A stretch of 64,000 nt of DNA from Methylorubrum populi (GCA_020741775.1 DYYG01000063.1:24429-88428); one strand, 5' to 3'. Numbered from the stretch's first letter, positions 38,857 through 49,980 are shown. Translations and numbers: made by a program. The notes: generated from the letters alone by a model not told the origin.

Positions 38857-38885
38857 TGCGGAGGAGGCCGAGGCCCAAGACAGGA

Positions 38886-38928
38886 GATCGCGCATCGGAT
38901 CGGAATGGCTCCGACCCGATACGCGATC
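38886..38928 (-). terminator. 19-bp hairpin between convergent genes
   Basis: gatcgcgcatcggatcgga-atggc-tccgacccgatacgcgatc; both mismatches become G-U pairs on the minus strand. Confidence 0.5.
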
Positions 38929-38986
38929 CCGTTTCAGGGGCACCGGCTCGACTGAGACAAGCCGGTGCCCGTTCAGGCGTGGAGCC

Positions 38987-39997
38987 TCAGGCGGCAAGCC
39001 AATCGAGCGTATCGGCGGCTTCCCAGGCGCAGGGAGCGCTGAGCGAGCCAGCGAACACGGCATCGAGGCGCAGACGCTCGGTCTCGACCACCGAACCCTC
39101 CACCGCGACCGGGCGGCAGCGGCCGTTCCAGCCCGCCGGCACGAAGTCCGGGTTGTGCAGGGCATGATCCGAGGCTTCGGCGAAGAAGGCGCGGTCGCCG
39201 CCATCGATGTAGCTCTCGGCCGGCAGGCCCTCGGCCAGCAGGATGTCGTGGGCATCGAGCTCGACGTGCCAGTAGGTGACGGTGGCGCGCGGCTCGCGGG
39301 TGATGGAGGTGCCGTTGATCAGGCACATCACCGGCACGAGCACGCCGCCCTCGTTGTCGGCATCGGCGCCGACCAGCACCGGGTGACCGGGCGAGAGGAA
39401 CAGGTCACGGGCCGGCAGGCCGTGGCCGAAGGCGCCGGCGCGAACATGGACCGGCTGCTGGTGGAAGGGGAGCGAGCCGGCTTCCGCCGTGATCTCGCGG
39501 TGTCCGATCCAGGTGATGGGCCGCAGGGCGCCGGAGGCGGTAACGGCGAAGTCGCCGACCCGCAGATCCTCGACCGCCACCTCGCCGCGCTCGGTGCGGA
39601 TCTGGGTGCCGGTCACGAAGCAGACGATGTTCGGGCTGTCGGGCGCCTCGCCGCGGGTGACGGGCTGAAGCACGCCCAGCAGCGGCAGGGTACCGCCCTT
39701 CGTCACAGCGATGCCCGCAGGCGTGTTCAACCCAACCGGCGTCAGGGAGAAGTAATAGGTTGGTTCGCCACCGCCCGTCGGAACGGAAAAGCCTTCATAG
39801 GTCGCCGTCGTGGTGATCGGCGCCGTACCCAGGACGGTGACGGTCGCGGCAACCTGATCGCCCGGATTGGTGACGTTACCGGTGATCGTCGCCGTGGTCA
39901 GGAGGGAAGTAAGACTTGTGCCGGTGAAGCCGTTTGCGCCAACAACGCCGGTCGCAGCTTGGCCAGCGGTGAAATCGGTCGCGAAAGTCTCAGCCAT
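38987..39997 (-). CDS. Hint-domain (bacterial intein-like, B-type) protein
   Basis: CFVTGTQIRTERGEVAVEDLRVGD...WIG...DLFLSPGH...LING...YWHVELDAHDILLAEGLPAESY after a 125-aa Thr/Gly-rich N-terminal segment. Confidence 0.9.
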   Translation of the reverse strand: MAETFATDFTAGQAATGVVGANGFTGTSLTSLLTTATITGNVTNPGDQVAATVTVLGTAPITTTATYEGFSVPTGGGEPTYYFSLTPVGLNTPAGIAVTKGGTLPLLGVLQPVTRGEAPDSPNIVCFVTGTQIRTERGEVAVEDLRVGDFAVTASGALRPITWIGHREITAEAGSLPFHQQPVHVRAGAFGHGLPARDLFLSPGHPVLVGADADNEGGVLVPVMCLINGTSITREPRATVTYWHVELDAHDILLAEGLPAESYIDGGDRAFFAEASDHALHNPDFVPAGWNGRCRPVAVEGSVVETERLRLDAVFAGSLSAPCAWEAADTLDWLAA

Positions 39998-40420
39998 TTG
40001 TGCCCCGCATTCATGTTTGTGCAGGGCATTGATCGGATAATGGACCAGCTTGGACCAGTCGCCGAAAAAGAAAGGAGCTTCCCAAAAGTAGTATCGGCTT
40101 TCACGAAGGTATTTTGCAGAAACATATTATGATTTGTTATTGATGGGCATCGATCGCAGAGGCCGCTCGGGCGAATCGGCACCGGGCTCGCCGAGGAGAG
40201 CGCCACTCGGCCCCAAACGCGCCTCTTCCGGCCGGAAGCCGTGACGGCGATGAACTGGCCGCTTCGATCAAGCAGGCATGTCATCCACGAATGGGGAATC
40301 GGGGATCCGCGCGGAACGATGACCCCGGATCGGAAGGTTCGTCAGCCGGCAATTCGTGGGGATCCCAAAAGTTGCCGTCGCATCGTCTGACGGTTCCCCG
40401 CTCCATTCGGCTGCCAGCAA

Positions 40421-40463
40421 GCTAAAAACGAAACCGGAGCCCGAGCGAACGCCCGGACTCCGG
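40421..40463 (-). terminator. Intrinsic terminator after tRNA-His
   Basis: Minus-strand hairpin ccggagtccgggcg / cgctcgggctccgg followed by ttttcgttttt. Confidence 0.75.
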
Positions 40464-40480
40464 CTCATCATCGAATGGGA

Positions 40481-40557
40481 TGGTACCACCGCCCCGGCTC
40501 GAACGGGGGACCCCTAGATCCACAATCTAGTGCTCTAACCAACTGAGCTACGGCGGC
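40481..40557 (-). tRNA. tRNA-His (GTG)
   Basis: GCCGCCGTAGCTCAGTTGGTTAGAGC, anticodon loop TTGTGGA, T-arm TTCGAGC, A73 discriminator, encoded CCA. Confidence 0.96.
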
Positions 40558-40701
40558 ACGTGAGGGGGGCATATCCCGTGGCTCGCGGCATTTCAAGCGT
40601 CTTGATGAGGCGACTGTGGATCGCGCCCGCTTTCCAGGAATGGTAGAGCGCGGGCATCCGGTCGAACGGCTTGAGATCTCGTCCATTTTCCTGCGAGCGC
40701 G

Positions 40702-42546
40702 ATGAATCCGTCTCCGTCCCCATCCGCCAGAGGCCCGTGGGTTCAGGTGCCGTTGCGGCTGAGGGCATGGGTCCGGGCAAGTGAGTTGGCCCTCGTGCTG
40801 CTCGCCGCCGTGACCGGTTGCCTCGGCGGCTTGGCCGTTGCGGGTATGAGCGGGGCGACACAGATCCTGCGGGAGGTTCTCTATCGGCTGCCCTCCGGTC
40901 AGCGGTTGAGCGGCCTGACTGCCCTTCCATCCGGGGGGCTGATGGGCCTGTCCTTCCTTGCCCCGGCCCTCGGCGGAGCCGTGCTCGGCCTGCTGCTCCT
41001 CGCCTCGACGCGGGGCCGGGGCAGGGGGCGGCGGGGCGTGGTGGATCCGATCGAGGCCAACGCGTTGCATGGGGGGCGGATGTCCCTCCGTGGCTCCTTC
41101 GACGTGGCGGCTCAGAATGTCGTCTCGAACGGGAGCGGCGCCTCGGTCGGGCTGGAGGCCGGCTATACCCAGATCGCGGCGGGGCTCGCCTCGCGGCTCG
41201 GCATCGCCTTCGAGATGCGGCGCTCCGATCTGCGGACGCTGGTCGGCTGCGGCTCTGCGGCAGCCATCGCCGCCGCCTTCGGCTCGCCGCTGACAGGGGC
41301 CTTCTACGCCTTCGAACTCATCATCGGCACCTACACCATCGCCACGCTCGCTCCCGTCGTCGTCGCGGCCCTCTGCGGCAGTCTGGTCGCGCGGGCGCTC
41401 GCCCCGCAACCGGCCCTCGTCGATGTCGGTGCCCTGGCCCTCGCCCGGAACGGACCGGTCGGAGCGGAAGACACGCTGCCATGCCTGGTTCTGGGCCTCG
41501 CCTGCGCCGGCTTCGCCGTCCTGCTCATGCGCGGGGTGACGCTGGTCGAGCAGGGCTTCCGCGCCTCGCGCCTGCCGGCGCCGGTTCGTCCCGTCCTCGG
41601 AGGGTTGTGCGTCGGCGGCCTCGCTCTGATGACGACACCTCAGATTCTCTCGGCCGGTCATGGCGCCTTGCACCTCCATCTGGCGCCGGAATCGGCGATG
41701 GGGCTCCTCGCCCTGGCCGGTCTCATCGCCGCCAAGGCGGTGGCCTCGGCCGTATCGATCGGTTCGGGCTTTCGCGGCGGGCTGTTCTTCGCCTCGCTGT
41801 TTCTCGGCGCCCTGGTCGGACGCCTGTTCGCCGGCCTCTCGCCGCTGGTCTGGCCCGGCTTCGACAGCTTCGGTCTGGCCCCGGTCGGCTACGCCGTGAT
41901 CGGCATGAGCGCCTTCGCGGCCGCCATCGTCGGCGGCCCGCTCACCATGACCTTCCTCGCCCTGGAGATGACCGGCAGCTTCCCGGTGACCGCCCTGGTG
42001 CTCGCCTCGGTGATCGCCTCCTCGCTGACGGTGCGGAAGACCTTCGGCTATTCCTTCGCCACATGGCGCTTTCATCTGCGCGGCGAGAGCATCCGCAGCG
42101 CCCACGATGTCGGCTGGATGCGGAACCTGACCGTGGGGCGGATGATGCGTAAGGACATCCGCCCGGTCCCGCTCGACACGCCGATGGCGACGTTCCTCCG
42201 CGCCCATCCCCTCGGCTCCCCCTCCCGCGTAGTCGCGGTCGACGAGCAGGGTCGTTATGCCGGGATCATCTTGGTGCCCGATGCTCATGCCCGCGCCGTC
42301 GAACAGGGCGACGGGCCGGCGCAACTGGCCGATATCGTCCGCCATGCCGATGCGTTTCTCCTGGCGGATATGAGCGTCAAGCAAGCGGCGAAGGCGTTTG
42401 ACGAGGCGGAGAGTGAGGCGCTTGCCGTGCTCGATGGCGCGGACAGCCGACGGGTCATCGGACTTCTTACCGAGAGCCACACGCTCAAGCGCTACAGCGA
42501 CGAACTCGACCGTCAGCGCCGCGCCATGCTCGGTGAGGCGGCGTGA
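40702..42546 (+). CDS. ClC-family chloride channel/transporter with C-terminal CBS pair
   Basis: SGASVGLEAG, AAAFGSPLTGAFYAFE, SGFRGGLFF, many TM helices, CBS-like tail. Confidence 0.88.
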   Translation: MNPSPSPSARGPWVQVPLRLRAWVRASELALVLLAAVTGCLGGLAVAGMSGATQILREVLYRLPSGQRLSGLTALPSGGLMGLSFLAPALGGAVLGLLLLASTRGRGRGRRGVVDPIEANALHGGRMSLRGSFDVAAQNVVSNGSGASVGLEAGYTQIAAGLASRLGIAFEMRRSDLRTLVGCGSAAAIAAAFGSPLTGAFYAFELIIGTYTIATLAPVVVAALCGSLVARALAPQPALVDVGALALARNGPVGAEDTLPCLVLGLACAGFAVLLMRGVTLVEQGFRASRLPAPVRPVLGGLCVGGLALMTTPQILSAGHGALHLHLAPESAMGLLALAGLIAAKAVASAVSIGSGFRGGLFFASLFLGALVGRLFAGLSPLVWPGFDSFGLAPVGYAVIGMSAFAAAIVGGPLTMTFLALEMTGSFPVTALVLASVIASSLTVRKTFGYSFATWRFHLRGESIRSAHDVGWMRNLTVGRMMRKDIRPVPLDTPMATFLRAHPLGSPSRVVAVDEQGRYAGIILVPDAHARAVEQGDGPAQLADIVRHADAFLLADMSVKQAAKAFDEAESEALAVLDGADSRRVIGLLTESHTLKRYSDELDRQRRAMLGEAA

Positions 42547-42569
42547 CGCCGGCCGTGTTATGGCGGCGC

Positions 42570-43064
42570 ATGACCCTGCGCGCCTTCCTCGCCGGCCTGT
42601 CGCTGTCCCTGGCCCTCTGCGCCCCCGCTCGAGCGGATTCCTGCGACGGGCTCACCGTGCGGCTGATCCGGGGCACGGGCGTCGCCCTCGCTGGACGGAG
42701 CGGACAGACCGTGGTGTTCCGTGCCGTCGATGCCGACCGGATGAGCCTCGACTGCGCCGAACCCCGGCGGCTCCTGTTCCGCTCGGACCGGCGGGAGCCG
42801 CCGCGCACCTTCTTCGTCCTGATCGGCCTCGCGGCGAAGACACTCACCGGTGCCTCGGCCGAAGCCGTCGAAGCCCTCGCCCTGCGCCTGCACCAGGACA
42901 GCCTGCTCACCGGCGAGCCGCAACTCGGCCGCAGCGGCGGGGCGATCCTGCGCTGCGACCCCGGAGACCGGCCCGACGGCATTGGTGTCGGCAGCCTCTG
43001 CCGCCTCGCGGCGGACAGGCCGCCCCGCGCCCGCGGCCTTTCGCACCGCGTGGGGAGAGGCTAG
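42570..43064 (+). CDS. Hypothetical secreted protein
   Basis: Signal peptide ending in APARA, four Cys in the mature part, fills the gap between ClC and kdsA. Confidence 0.6.
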   Translation: MTLRAFLAGLSLSLALCAPARADSCDGLTVRLIRGTGVALAGRSGQTVVFRAVDADRMSLDCAEPRRLLFRSDRREPPRTFFVLIGLAAKTLTGASAEAVEALALRLHQDSLLTGEPQLGRSGGAILRCDPGDRPDGIGVGSLCRLAADRPPRARGLSHRVGRG

Positions 43065-43073
43065 AGCCGTCGC

Positions 43074-43922
43074 ATGTCCGAGACTGCACAGCCCCACGGT
43101 TCCGTCGTCCGCGTCGGCGACGTCGCCTTCGCCAACCATCTGCCGCTGGCGCTGATCGCCGGCCCCTGCCAGCTCGAAGGGCGCAACCATGCCCTGGAGG
43201 TTGCCGCCGCTCTCAAGGAGATGGCGGCCAGGCTCGGCATCGGGCTCGTGTTCAAATCGTCCTTCGATAAGGCCAACCGCACCTCTGGGCGGACGGCCCG
43301 TGGCGTCGGGCTCGACGAGGCCTTGCCGGTCTTCGCCGAGATCAGGGAGAGCCTTGGCCTTCCCGTGCTCACGGACGTGCACGAGGCCGGGCAATGCGCT
43401 CGGGCGGCGGAAGCCGTCGATGTGCTTCAGATCCCGGCCTTCCTCTGCCGACAGACCGATCTGCTGCTCGCGGCGGCGGCGACGGGCCGGGCGGTCAACG
43501 TCAAGAAGGGGCAGTTCCTCGCCCCCTGGGACATGGCCCATGTCGCCGCCAAGGTGACGGAGGCCGGCAATCCGAACGTCATCGTCACTGAACGCGGCGC
43601 CTCCTTCGGCTACAACACCCTGGTCTCCGACATGCGTGCTCTGCCGATCATGGCACGGGCCACACAGGGCGCACCGGTCGTGTTCGACGCAACCCATTCC
43701 GTTCAGCAGCCGGGCGGGCAGGGCGCGACCTCTGGCGGCCAGCGGGAATTCGTCCCGGTGCTCGCCCGCGCCGCGGTCGCGGTGGGAGTGGCCGGCGTCT
43801 TCATCGAAACCCATCCCGATCCCGACCGCGCACCGTCGGACGGACCGAACATGGTGGCTTTGGCCGACCTGCCTGCTTTGGTCGAGACGCTGATGGCCTT
43901 CGACCGTATCGCCAAGGTCTGA
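43074..43922 (+). CDS. kdsA: KDO8P synthase
   Basis: IAGPCQLE, KSSFDKANRTS, QIPAFLCRQTD, NVKKGQF, ERGASFGY, DATHSVQQPG, ETHPDPDRAPSDG. Confidence 0.97.
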   Translation: MSETAQPHGSVVRVGDVAFANHLPLALIAGPCQLEGRNHALEVAAALKEMAARLGIGLVFKSSFDKANRTSGRTARGVGLDEALPVFAEIRESLGLPVLTDVHEAGQCARAAEAVDVLQIPAFLCRQTDLLLAAAATGRAVNVKKGQFLAPWDMAHVAAKVTEAGNPNVIVTERGASFGYNTLVSDMRALPIMARATQGAPVVFDATHSVQQPGGQGATSGGQREFVPVLARAAVAVGVAGVFIETHPDPDRAPSDGPNMVALADLPALVETLMAFDRIAKV

Positions 43923-44036
43923 CCGGATCTGCCCGGCTGCGGTTTCAGCTGTCGTTCAGCCGGTGAAGCCTATCGACGTTCCCAGACGAGTTGAGGGGAC
44001 ACACGGATCAAGGGTTGGCCGCAATCCCGCTTCTTC

Positions 44037-44061
44037 GGAACATTCGGCCAAGCTCAGTGTT
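44037..44061 (+). promoter_or_regulatory. EcfG-like general-stress promoter
   Basis: GGAAC-N16-TGTT, 36 bp upstream of ATG 44098. Confidence 0.55.
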
Positions 44062-44097
44062 TTCCCGTCAAGACATTCCTCGACTGGAAAGGACGCT

Positions 44098-44397
44098 ATG
44101 CGCAAGCTCGCCCTCGTGACGGCCGCTCTGATCTCCGTCGGTACGTTGACCGCTACCTCCGCCGATGCGCGCCCCTATGGCCGCGGCTACGGCCACCATC
44201 ATGGCCATTATCATGGCGGCTACGGCCCCCGGGCCTATTACGGCGGTCGCCGCCGTGGCATCGGCACGGGCGCGGCCGTGGGCCTCGGCATCGCCGGCTT
44301 GGCGGCCGGAGCGATCGCCGCCGGTGCGGCGCGGGACGCCTATGCCCGGGATTCCTATTACGGCCGCCCGGCCTACGGCTACGATTACGGCTACTGA
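44098..44397 (+). CDS. Small secreted Gly/His/Tyr-rich protein with glycine-zipper-like segment
   Basis: AAAGGA RBS, signal peptide ending in ADA, GYGHHHGHYHGGYG, GAAVGLGIAGLAAGAIAAG, terminator after it. Confidence 0.8.
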   Translation: MRKLALVTAALISVGTLTATSADARPYGRGYGHHHGHYHGGYGPRAYYGGRRRGIGTGAAVGLGIAGLAAGAIAAGAARDAYARDSYYGRPAYGYDYGY

Positions 44398-44417
44398 GGC
44401 ATTGCTCAGACGAACGG

Positions 44418-44450
44418 AGGGCGGCCGGAGAGATCCGGCCGCCCTTTTTT
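44418..44450 (+). terminator. Intrinsic terminator
   Basis: agggcggccgga / tccggccgccct stem, then a T-run. Confidence 0.85.
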
Positions 44451-44474
44451 GATGTCACAATCGTCGAAGCAAAC

Positions 44475-44936
44475 TCAGCCGCGGCCCCGATAGGGTGCCA
44501 CGCCCTGATCCGGCAGCCAGACCGCCTTCGGCGGCTCGCCCGTCTGCCAGAAGACATCGATCGGAATACCACCGCGCGGATACCAATATCCGCCGATGCG
44601 CAGCCAGCGCGGCTCCAGAACCTGCACCAGGCGTCGGCCGATGCCCACGGTGCAATCTTCGTGGAAGGCTCCGTGGTTGCGGAAGGCGCCGAGATAGAGT
44701 TTGAGCGACTTCGACTCGACCAGCCAGCGATCCGGCACGTAGTCGATGACGAGCGTTGCGAAGTCCGGTTGTCCTGTCACTGGACAGAGGGAGGTGAATT
44801 CCGGCGCGGTAAAACGGGCGAGGTAATCGGTGTCCGCATGCGGATTTGGTACCCGGTCGAGTTCGGCGGCTTCCGGCGAAACGGGCAGCGGCGTCTGGCG
44901 GCCGAGTTGCTTGGCGTGATGTTCGATTGAATCCAT
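44475..44936 (-). CDS. queF: preQ1 synthase (7-cyano-7-deazaguanine reductase)
   Basis: [46 protein letters not shown]. Confidence 0.96.
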   Translation of the reverse strand: MDSIEHHAKQLGRQTPLPVSPEAAELDRVPNPHADTDYLARFTAPEFTSLCPVTGQPDFATLVIDYVPDRWLVESKSLKLYLGAFRNHGAFHEDCTVGIGRRLVQVLEPRWLRIGGYWYPRGGIPIDVFWQTGEPPKAVWLPDQGVAPYRGRG

Positions 44937-45123
44937 GGCAGGCCTATACGCCCTGTCATCGCCGACGCCTATTGTCGTGGGCGAATGTCAGGGCGTCGAC
45001 TGAGCCGGCCGGCTTCGCCGCCCGTGGACCGGCCAGAAAACCGGCGCACAACAAAATTAGTGGAATCCACGTGCCTTGCGAGGGGGGCCGGGAGCTTGCC
45101 CCCTGTCAAAGGTTGGCAGATAA

Positions 45124-46500
<1,377 letters not shown>

Positions 46501-46520
46501 TCGGCGGCATTTACGGAACG

Positions 46521-46563
46521 AGGGGCGCGGGGAGTCGACAGGGCTCGCCACGCCCCTTTTTTT
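46521..46563 (+). terminator. Terminator after eno
   Basis: aggggcg...cgcccct outer stem followed by a T-run. Confidence 0.7.
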
Positions 46564-46637
46564 GCGGTCCGGGTGTTGGCACTCGGGCTCTCCTGGAAAC
46601 GCTTTCTTCACCCTGATCGGGCGATCCTGGCGCCGCC

Positions 46638-46949
46638 ATGGTTATTCGCCGCCGCGTCCGCGCCATCGTCGTCCCCGCCGTCCTGTGGACGGTCTCCGCG
46701 CTCGTGGTGGGCTACTTCGTGCATCAGGCGGAAAGCGGCAATCGCGGCCTGGAAGCCAAGCGGGCTCTCAAGATCGAGGCCTACGGCCTCACTCAGGAAC
46801 TCAACGCCGCCAAGGCGGAGCGTGCGACCTGGGAGCATCGTGTCTCCCTGCTGCGCAGCGAGCAGATCGACCGCGATCTTCTGGAAGAACGGGCCCGTGT
46901 GGTGCTCGGCCGTGTTCATCCCAACGACGTCGTCATCATCAATCCATAG
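46638..46949 (+). CDS. ftsB: FtsB/DivIC septum-formation initiator family protein
   Basis: Single TM, coiled coil, IDRDLLEERARVVLGRVHPND; follows eno. Confidence 0.8.
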   Translation: MVIRRRVRAIVVPAVLWTVSALVVGYFVHQAESGNRGLEAKRALKIEAYGLTQELNAAKAERATWEHRVSLLRSEQIDRDLLEERARVVLGRVHPNDVVIINP

Positions 46950-47127
46950 TTTTTTTAGTGCCGGCTAGATTGTTCAAAAATAGCGTTTGAACAGCCGTGC
47001 TTTAATCATGCCCCCGAATCGACAAGCGTCGCGGTGACAGGACTTGGTCGCTGTCAGTCCACCCCTCGATTTCCGTAAGTCGCTGTCCTAGAACCCCGCG
47101 CAACAGCGAGCTTTCTGGAGGACGCCG

Positions 47128-48177
47128 ATGGGTGCGGGGATCGAGGCGGGGAAACCCGCGACGGACACGGACGCGCCGCAGCACCGGCCTGCCCCGAACA
47201 TTCCCCAATTCACCCGGGACGAGGATCTCCACGCCTACCGCGAGATGCTCCTCATCCGCCGCTTCGAGGAAAAGGCCGGCCAGCTCTACGGTATGGGTCT
47301 GATCGGCGGCTTCTGTCACTTGTACATTGGTCAGGAAGCGGTCGTCGTCGGCATGCAGATGGCCGGCGAGGACGGGGATCAGAACATCACCGGCTACCGC
47401 GACCACGGCCACATGCTCGCCTGCGGCATGGACGCCAAAGGCGTGATGGCCGAGCTGACCGGGCGCCGCGGCGGCTATTCCCGCGGCAAGGGCGGCTCGA
47501 TGCACATGTTCAGCCGCGAGAAGCAGTTCTTCGGCGGCCACGGCATCGTCGGCGCGCAGGTCGCGCTCGGCACCGGCCTCGCCTTCGCCGACGCCTACCT
47601 CAAGAACGGCAAGGTCAGCTTCACCTATATGGGTGACGGCGCGGCCAACCAGGGCCAGGTCTACGAGAGCTTCAACATGGCGGCTCTGTGGAAGCTGCCC
47701 GTCGTCTACGTCGTCGAGAACAACCGCTACGCCATGGGCACCTCGGTTGCCCGCGCCTCGGCCCAGACGGATTTCTCCAAGCGCGGCCTCTCCTTCGGCA
47801 TCCCCGGCGAGCAGGTCGACGGCATGGACGTGCGCACGGTGCGCGAGGCCGCTGCCCGCGCCATCCAGCACGCCCGCTCGGGGGAGGGGCCCTACATCCT
47901 CGAGATGCAGACCTATCGCTATCGCGGCCACTCGATGTCCGATCCGGCCAAGTACCGGTCGAAGGACGAGGTCTCGAAGATGCGCGACGAGCACGACCCC
48001 ATCGAGATGGTGCGCAAGCGCCTGATCGAAGCGCACGGCGTGCCGGAGGCCGACCTGAAGGGCATCGATGCCAAGGTCCGCGAGATCGTCAACGAATCCG
48101 CCGATTTCGCCACCCACGACGCCGAGCCCGATCCGTCGGAGCTTTGGACCGACATTCTTCTCGAAGCCCGCGCCTGA
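47128..48177 (+). CDS. pdhA: Pyruvate dehydrogenase E1 alpha
   Basis: [34 protein letters not shown] (ThDP motif), [12 protein letters not shown]. Confidence 0.97.
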   Translation: MGAGIEAGKPATDTDAPQHRPAPNIPQFTRDEDLHAYREMLLIRRFEEKAGQLYGMGLIGGFCHLYIGQEAVVVGMQMAGEDGDQNITGYRDHGHMLACGMDAKGVMAELTGRRGGYSRGKGGSMHMFSREKQFFGGHGIVGAQVALGTGLAFADAYLKNGKVSFTYMGDGAANQGQVYESFNMAALWKLPVVYVVENNRYAMGTSVARASAQTDFSKRGLSFGIPGEQVDGMDVRTVREAAARAIQHARSGEGPYILEMQTYRYRGHSMSDPAKYRSKDEVSKMRDEHDPIEMVRKRLIEAHGVPEADLKGIDAKVREIVNESADFATHDAEPDPSELWTDILLEARA

Positions 48178-48220
48178 GGCGCCCGACCGTCGACGCACCC
48201 GGATCGATAGAGCAGCGCAA

Positions 48221-49669
48221 ATGGCGACCGACATTCTGATGCCCGCCCTCTCTCCGACCATGGAAGAGGGGAAGCTCGCCAAATGGCTCAAGAAGGAGGG
48301 CGACGCGGTCAAGGCCGGCGACGTGCTGGCCGAGATCGAGACCGACAAGGCGACCATGGAAGTCGAGGCGATCGACGAAGGCGTGCTGGCTAAGATTCTC
48401 GTGCCGGACGGCACCGAGAACGTGGCCGTCAACACGCCCATCGCCATCATCGCCGAAGAGGGCGAGGACGTCTCGGCCGCGGCCGCGAGTGGCGGCAAGG
48501 GCAAGCCCAACGGCGCCGATGGCGGCGCTTCGGCCCCCACGCCCGACATGGACGCCGAGGGCATGACGGAAAAGCCGTCCGCCACGGCCAAGAGCGGTGA
48601 GGATGCTCCGAAGGCTCCGGCGGCGCCGGCCGTCATCACCAACAAGGCGCCCGCCCCGGTGATGGAGGAGTTCCCGGCCGATTCGCCGATGGTGACCACG
48701 ACTGTGCGCGAGGCCCTGCGCGATGCCATGGCCGAGGAAATGCGCAAGGACGACAAGGTCTTCGTGATGGGCGAGGAAGTCGCCGAGTATCAGGGCGCCT
48801 ACAAGATCACGCAGGGACTGCTTCAGGAATTCGGCGCCCGCCGCGTGGTCGATACCCCAATCACCGAACACGGCTTCGCCGGTATCGGCGTTGGCGCGGC
48901 CTTCATGGGCCTCAAGCCCATCGTCGAGTTCATGACCTTCAACTTCGCCATGCAGGCGATCGACCACATCATCAACTCGGCGGCCAAGACCCTCTATATG
49001 TCCGGCGGCCAGCTCGGATGCCCGATCGTGTTCCGCGGGCCCAACGGCGCCGCCGCCCGCGTCGGCGCCCAGCACAGCCACGATTACGCTGCGTGGTACT
49101 CCAACGTCCCCGGCCTCAAGGTGATCGCGCCCTACACGGCCTCCGACGCCAAGGGCCTGCTCAAGGCGGCGATCCGCGATCCCAACCCGGTCATCTTCCT
49201 CGAGAACGAGATCCTCTACGGCCAGTCCTTCCCAGTGCCGCAGATCGAGGATCTGGTGCTGCCGATCGGCAAGGCCCGCATCCACCGCCCCGGCACGGAT
49301 GTCACTCTCGTCTCCTTCTCCATCGGCATGACCTACGCCCTCAAGGCGGCCCAGATTCTGGCCGAGCAGGGCATCGAGGCGGAGGTGATCGACCTGCGCA
49401 CGATCCGACCGATGGACAGCGCCACGGTAGTGGAGTCGGTCAAGAAGACCGGCCGCTGCGTCTGCGTCGAGGAAGGCTTCCCGCAATCAGGCGTCGGCGC
49501 CGAGATCGTCGCCCGCCTGATGGTCGATGCCTTCGACTATCTCGATGCTCCGGTGCTGCGGGTGACCGGTAAGGACGTGCCGATGCCCTACGCCGCGAAC
49601 TTGGAGAAGCTGGCTCTGCCGAGCGTGGCGGAAGTCGTCGAAGCCGCCAAGAGCGTCTGCTACAAGTAA
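48221..49669 (+). CDS. pdhB: Pyruvate dehydrogenase E1 beta with N-terminal lipoyl domain
   Basis: [10 protein letters not shown] lipoyl motif, [33 protein letters not shown]. Confidence 0.97.
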   Translation: MATDILMPALSPTMEEGKLAKWLKKEGDAVKAGDVLAEIETDKATMEVEAIDEGVLAKILVPDGTENVAVNTPIAIIAEEGEDVSAAAASGGKGKPNGADGGASAPTPDMDAEGMTEKPSATAKSGEDAPKAPAAPAVITNKAPAPVMEEFPADSPMVTTTVREALRDAMAEEMRKDDKVFVMGEEVAEYQGAYKITQGLLQEFGARRVVDTPITEHGFAGIGVGAAFMGLKPIVEFMTFNFAMQAIDHIINSAAKTLYMSGGQLGCPIVFRGPNGAAARVGAQHSHDYAAWYSNVPGLKVIAPYTASDAKGLLKAAIRDPNPVIFLENEILYGQSFPVPQIEDLVLPIGKARIHRPGTDVTLVSFSIGMTYALKAAQILAEQGIEAEVIDLRTIRPMDSATVVESVKKTGRCVCVEEGFPQSGVGAEIVARLMVDAFDYLDAPVLRVTGKDVPMPYAANLEKLALPSVAEVVEAAKSVCYK

Positions 49670-49948
49670 ATGTCTCAAGAATTCGAAGAACTCGACATCC
49701 CGCCCGACGCCCTGGAACAGGGCGGGATCGAGATTGTGCGCGCCTCCATCGTCGATGGTGCCGTGAGTGTCGCGCTCCGGCGTGCCTTCGACGATCCGGC
49801 GACCTGGGGCCGCCTGCTCATCGATCTCGCGCGCCAGGCTGCCCGCGCCTACGCCTTGGAGACGGATACTTCGGAGGAGGAAGCCTTCGAGCGCATCCGC
49901 GCCGGGTGGGAGGCCGAAAGCCTCGACCCTAACAACGTCCTCAACTGA
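49670..49948 (+). CDS. DUF5076-like small protein
   Basis: PPDA...G.EIVRASIVDG.VSVAL..AFDDPATWGRLLIDLARQAARAY; starts immediately after the pdhB stop. Confidence 0.7.
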   Translation: MSQEFEELDIPPDALEQGGIEIVRASIVDGAVSVALRRAFDDPATWGRLLIDLARQAARAYALETDTSEEEAFERIRAGWEAESLDPNNVLN

Positions 49949-49980
49949 CCCCTTCTTGAAGGCCGCTCGGGAACGACACG

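Noticed and set aside
40041-40058. TGGACCAG direct repeat at 10-bp spacing upstream of the Hint gene
   Set aside because: Two 8-mers alone are too little to separate from chance.
40560-40701. Fluoride riboswitch upstream of the ClC gene (also checked before eno)
   Set aside because: No recognisable crcB-motif consensus.
48221-48480. Lipoyl domain fused to PDH E1 beta as a novelty
   Set aside because: Already known in alphaproteobacterial PDH complexes.
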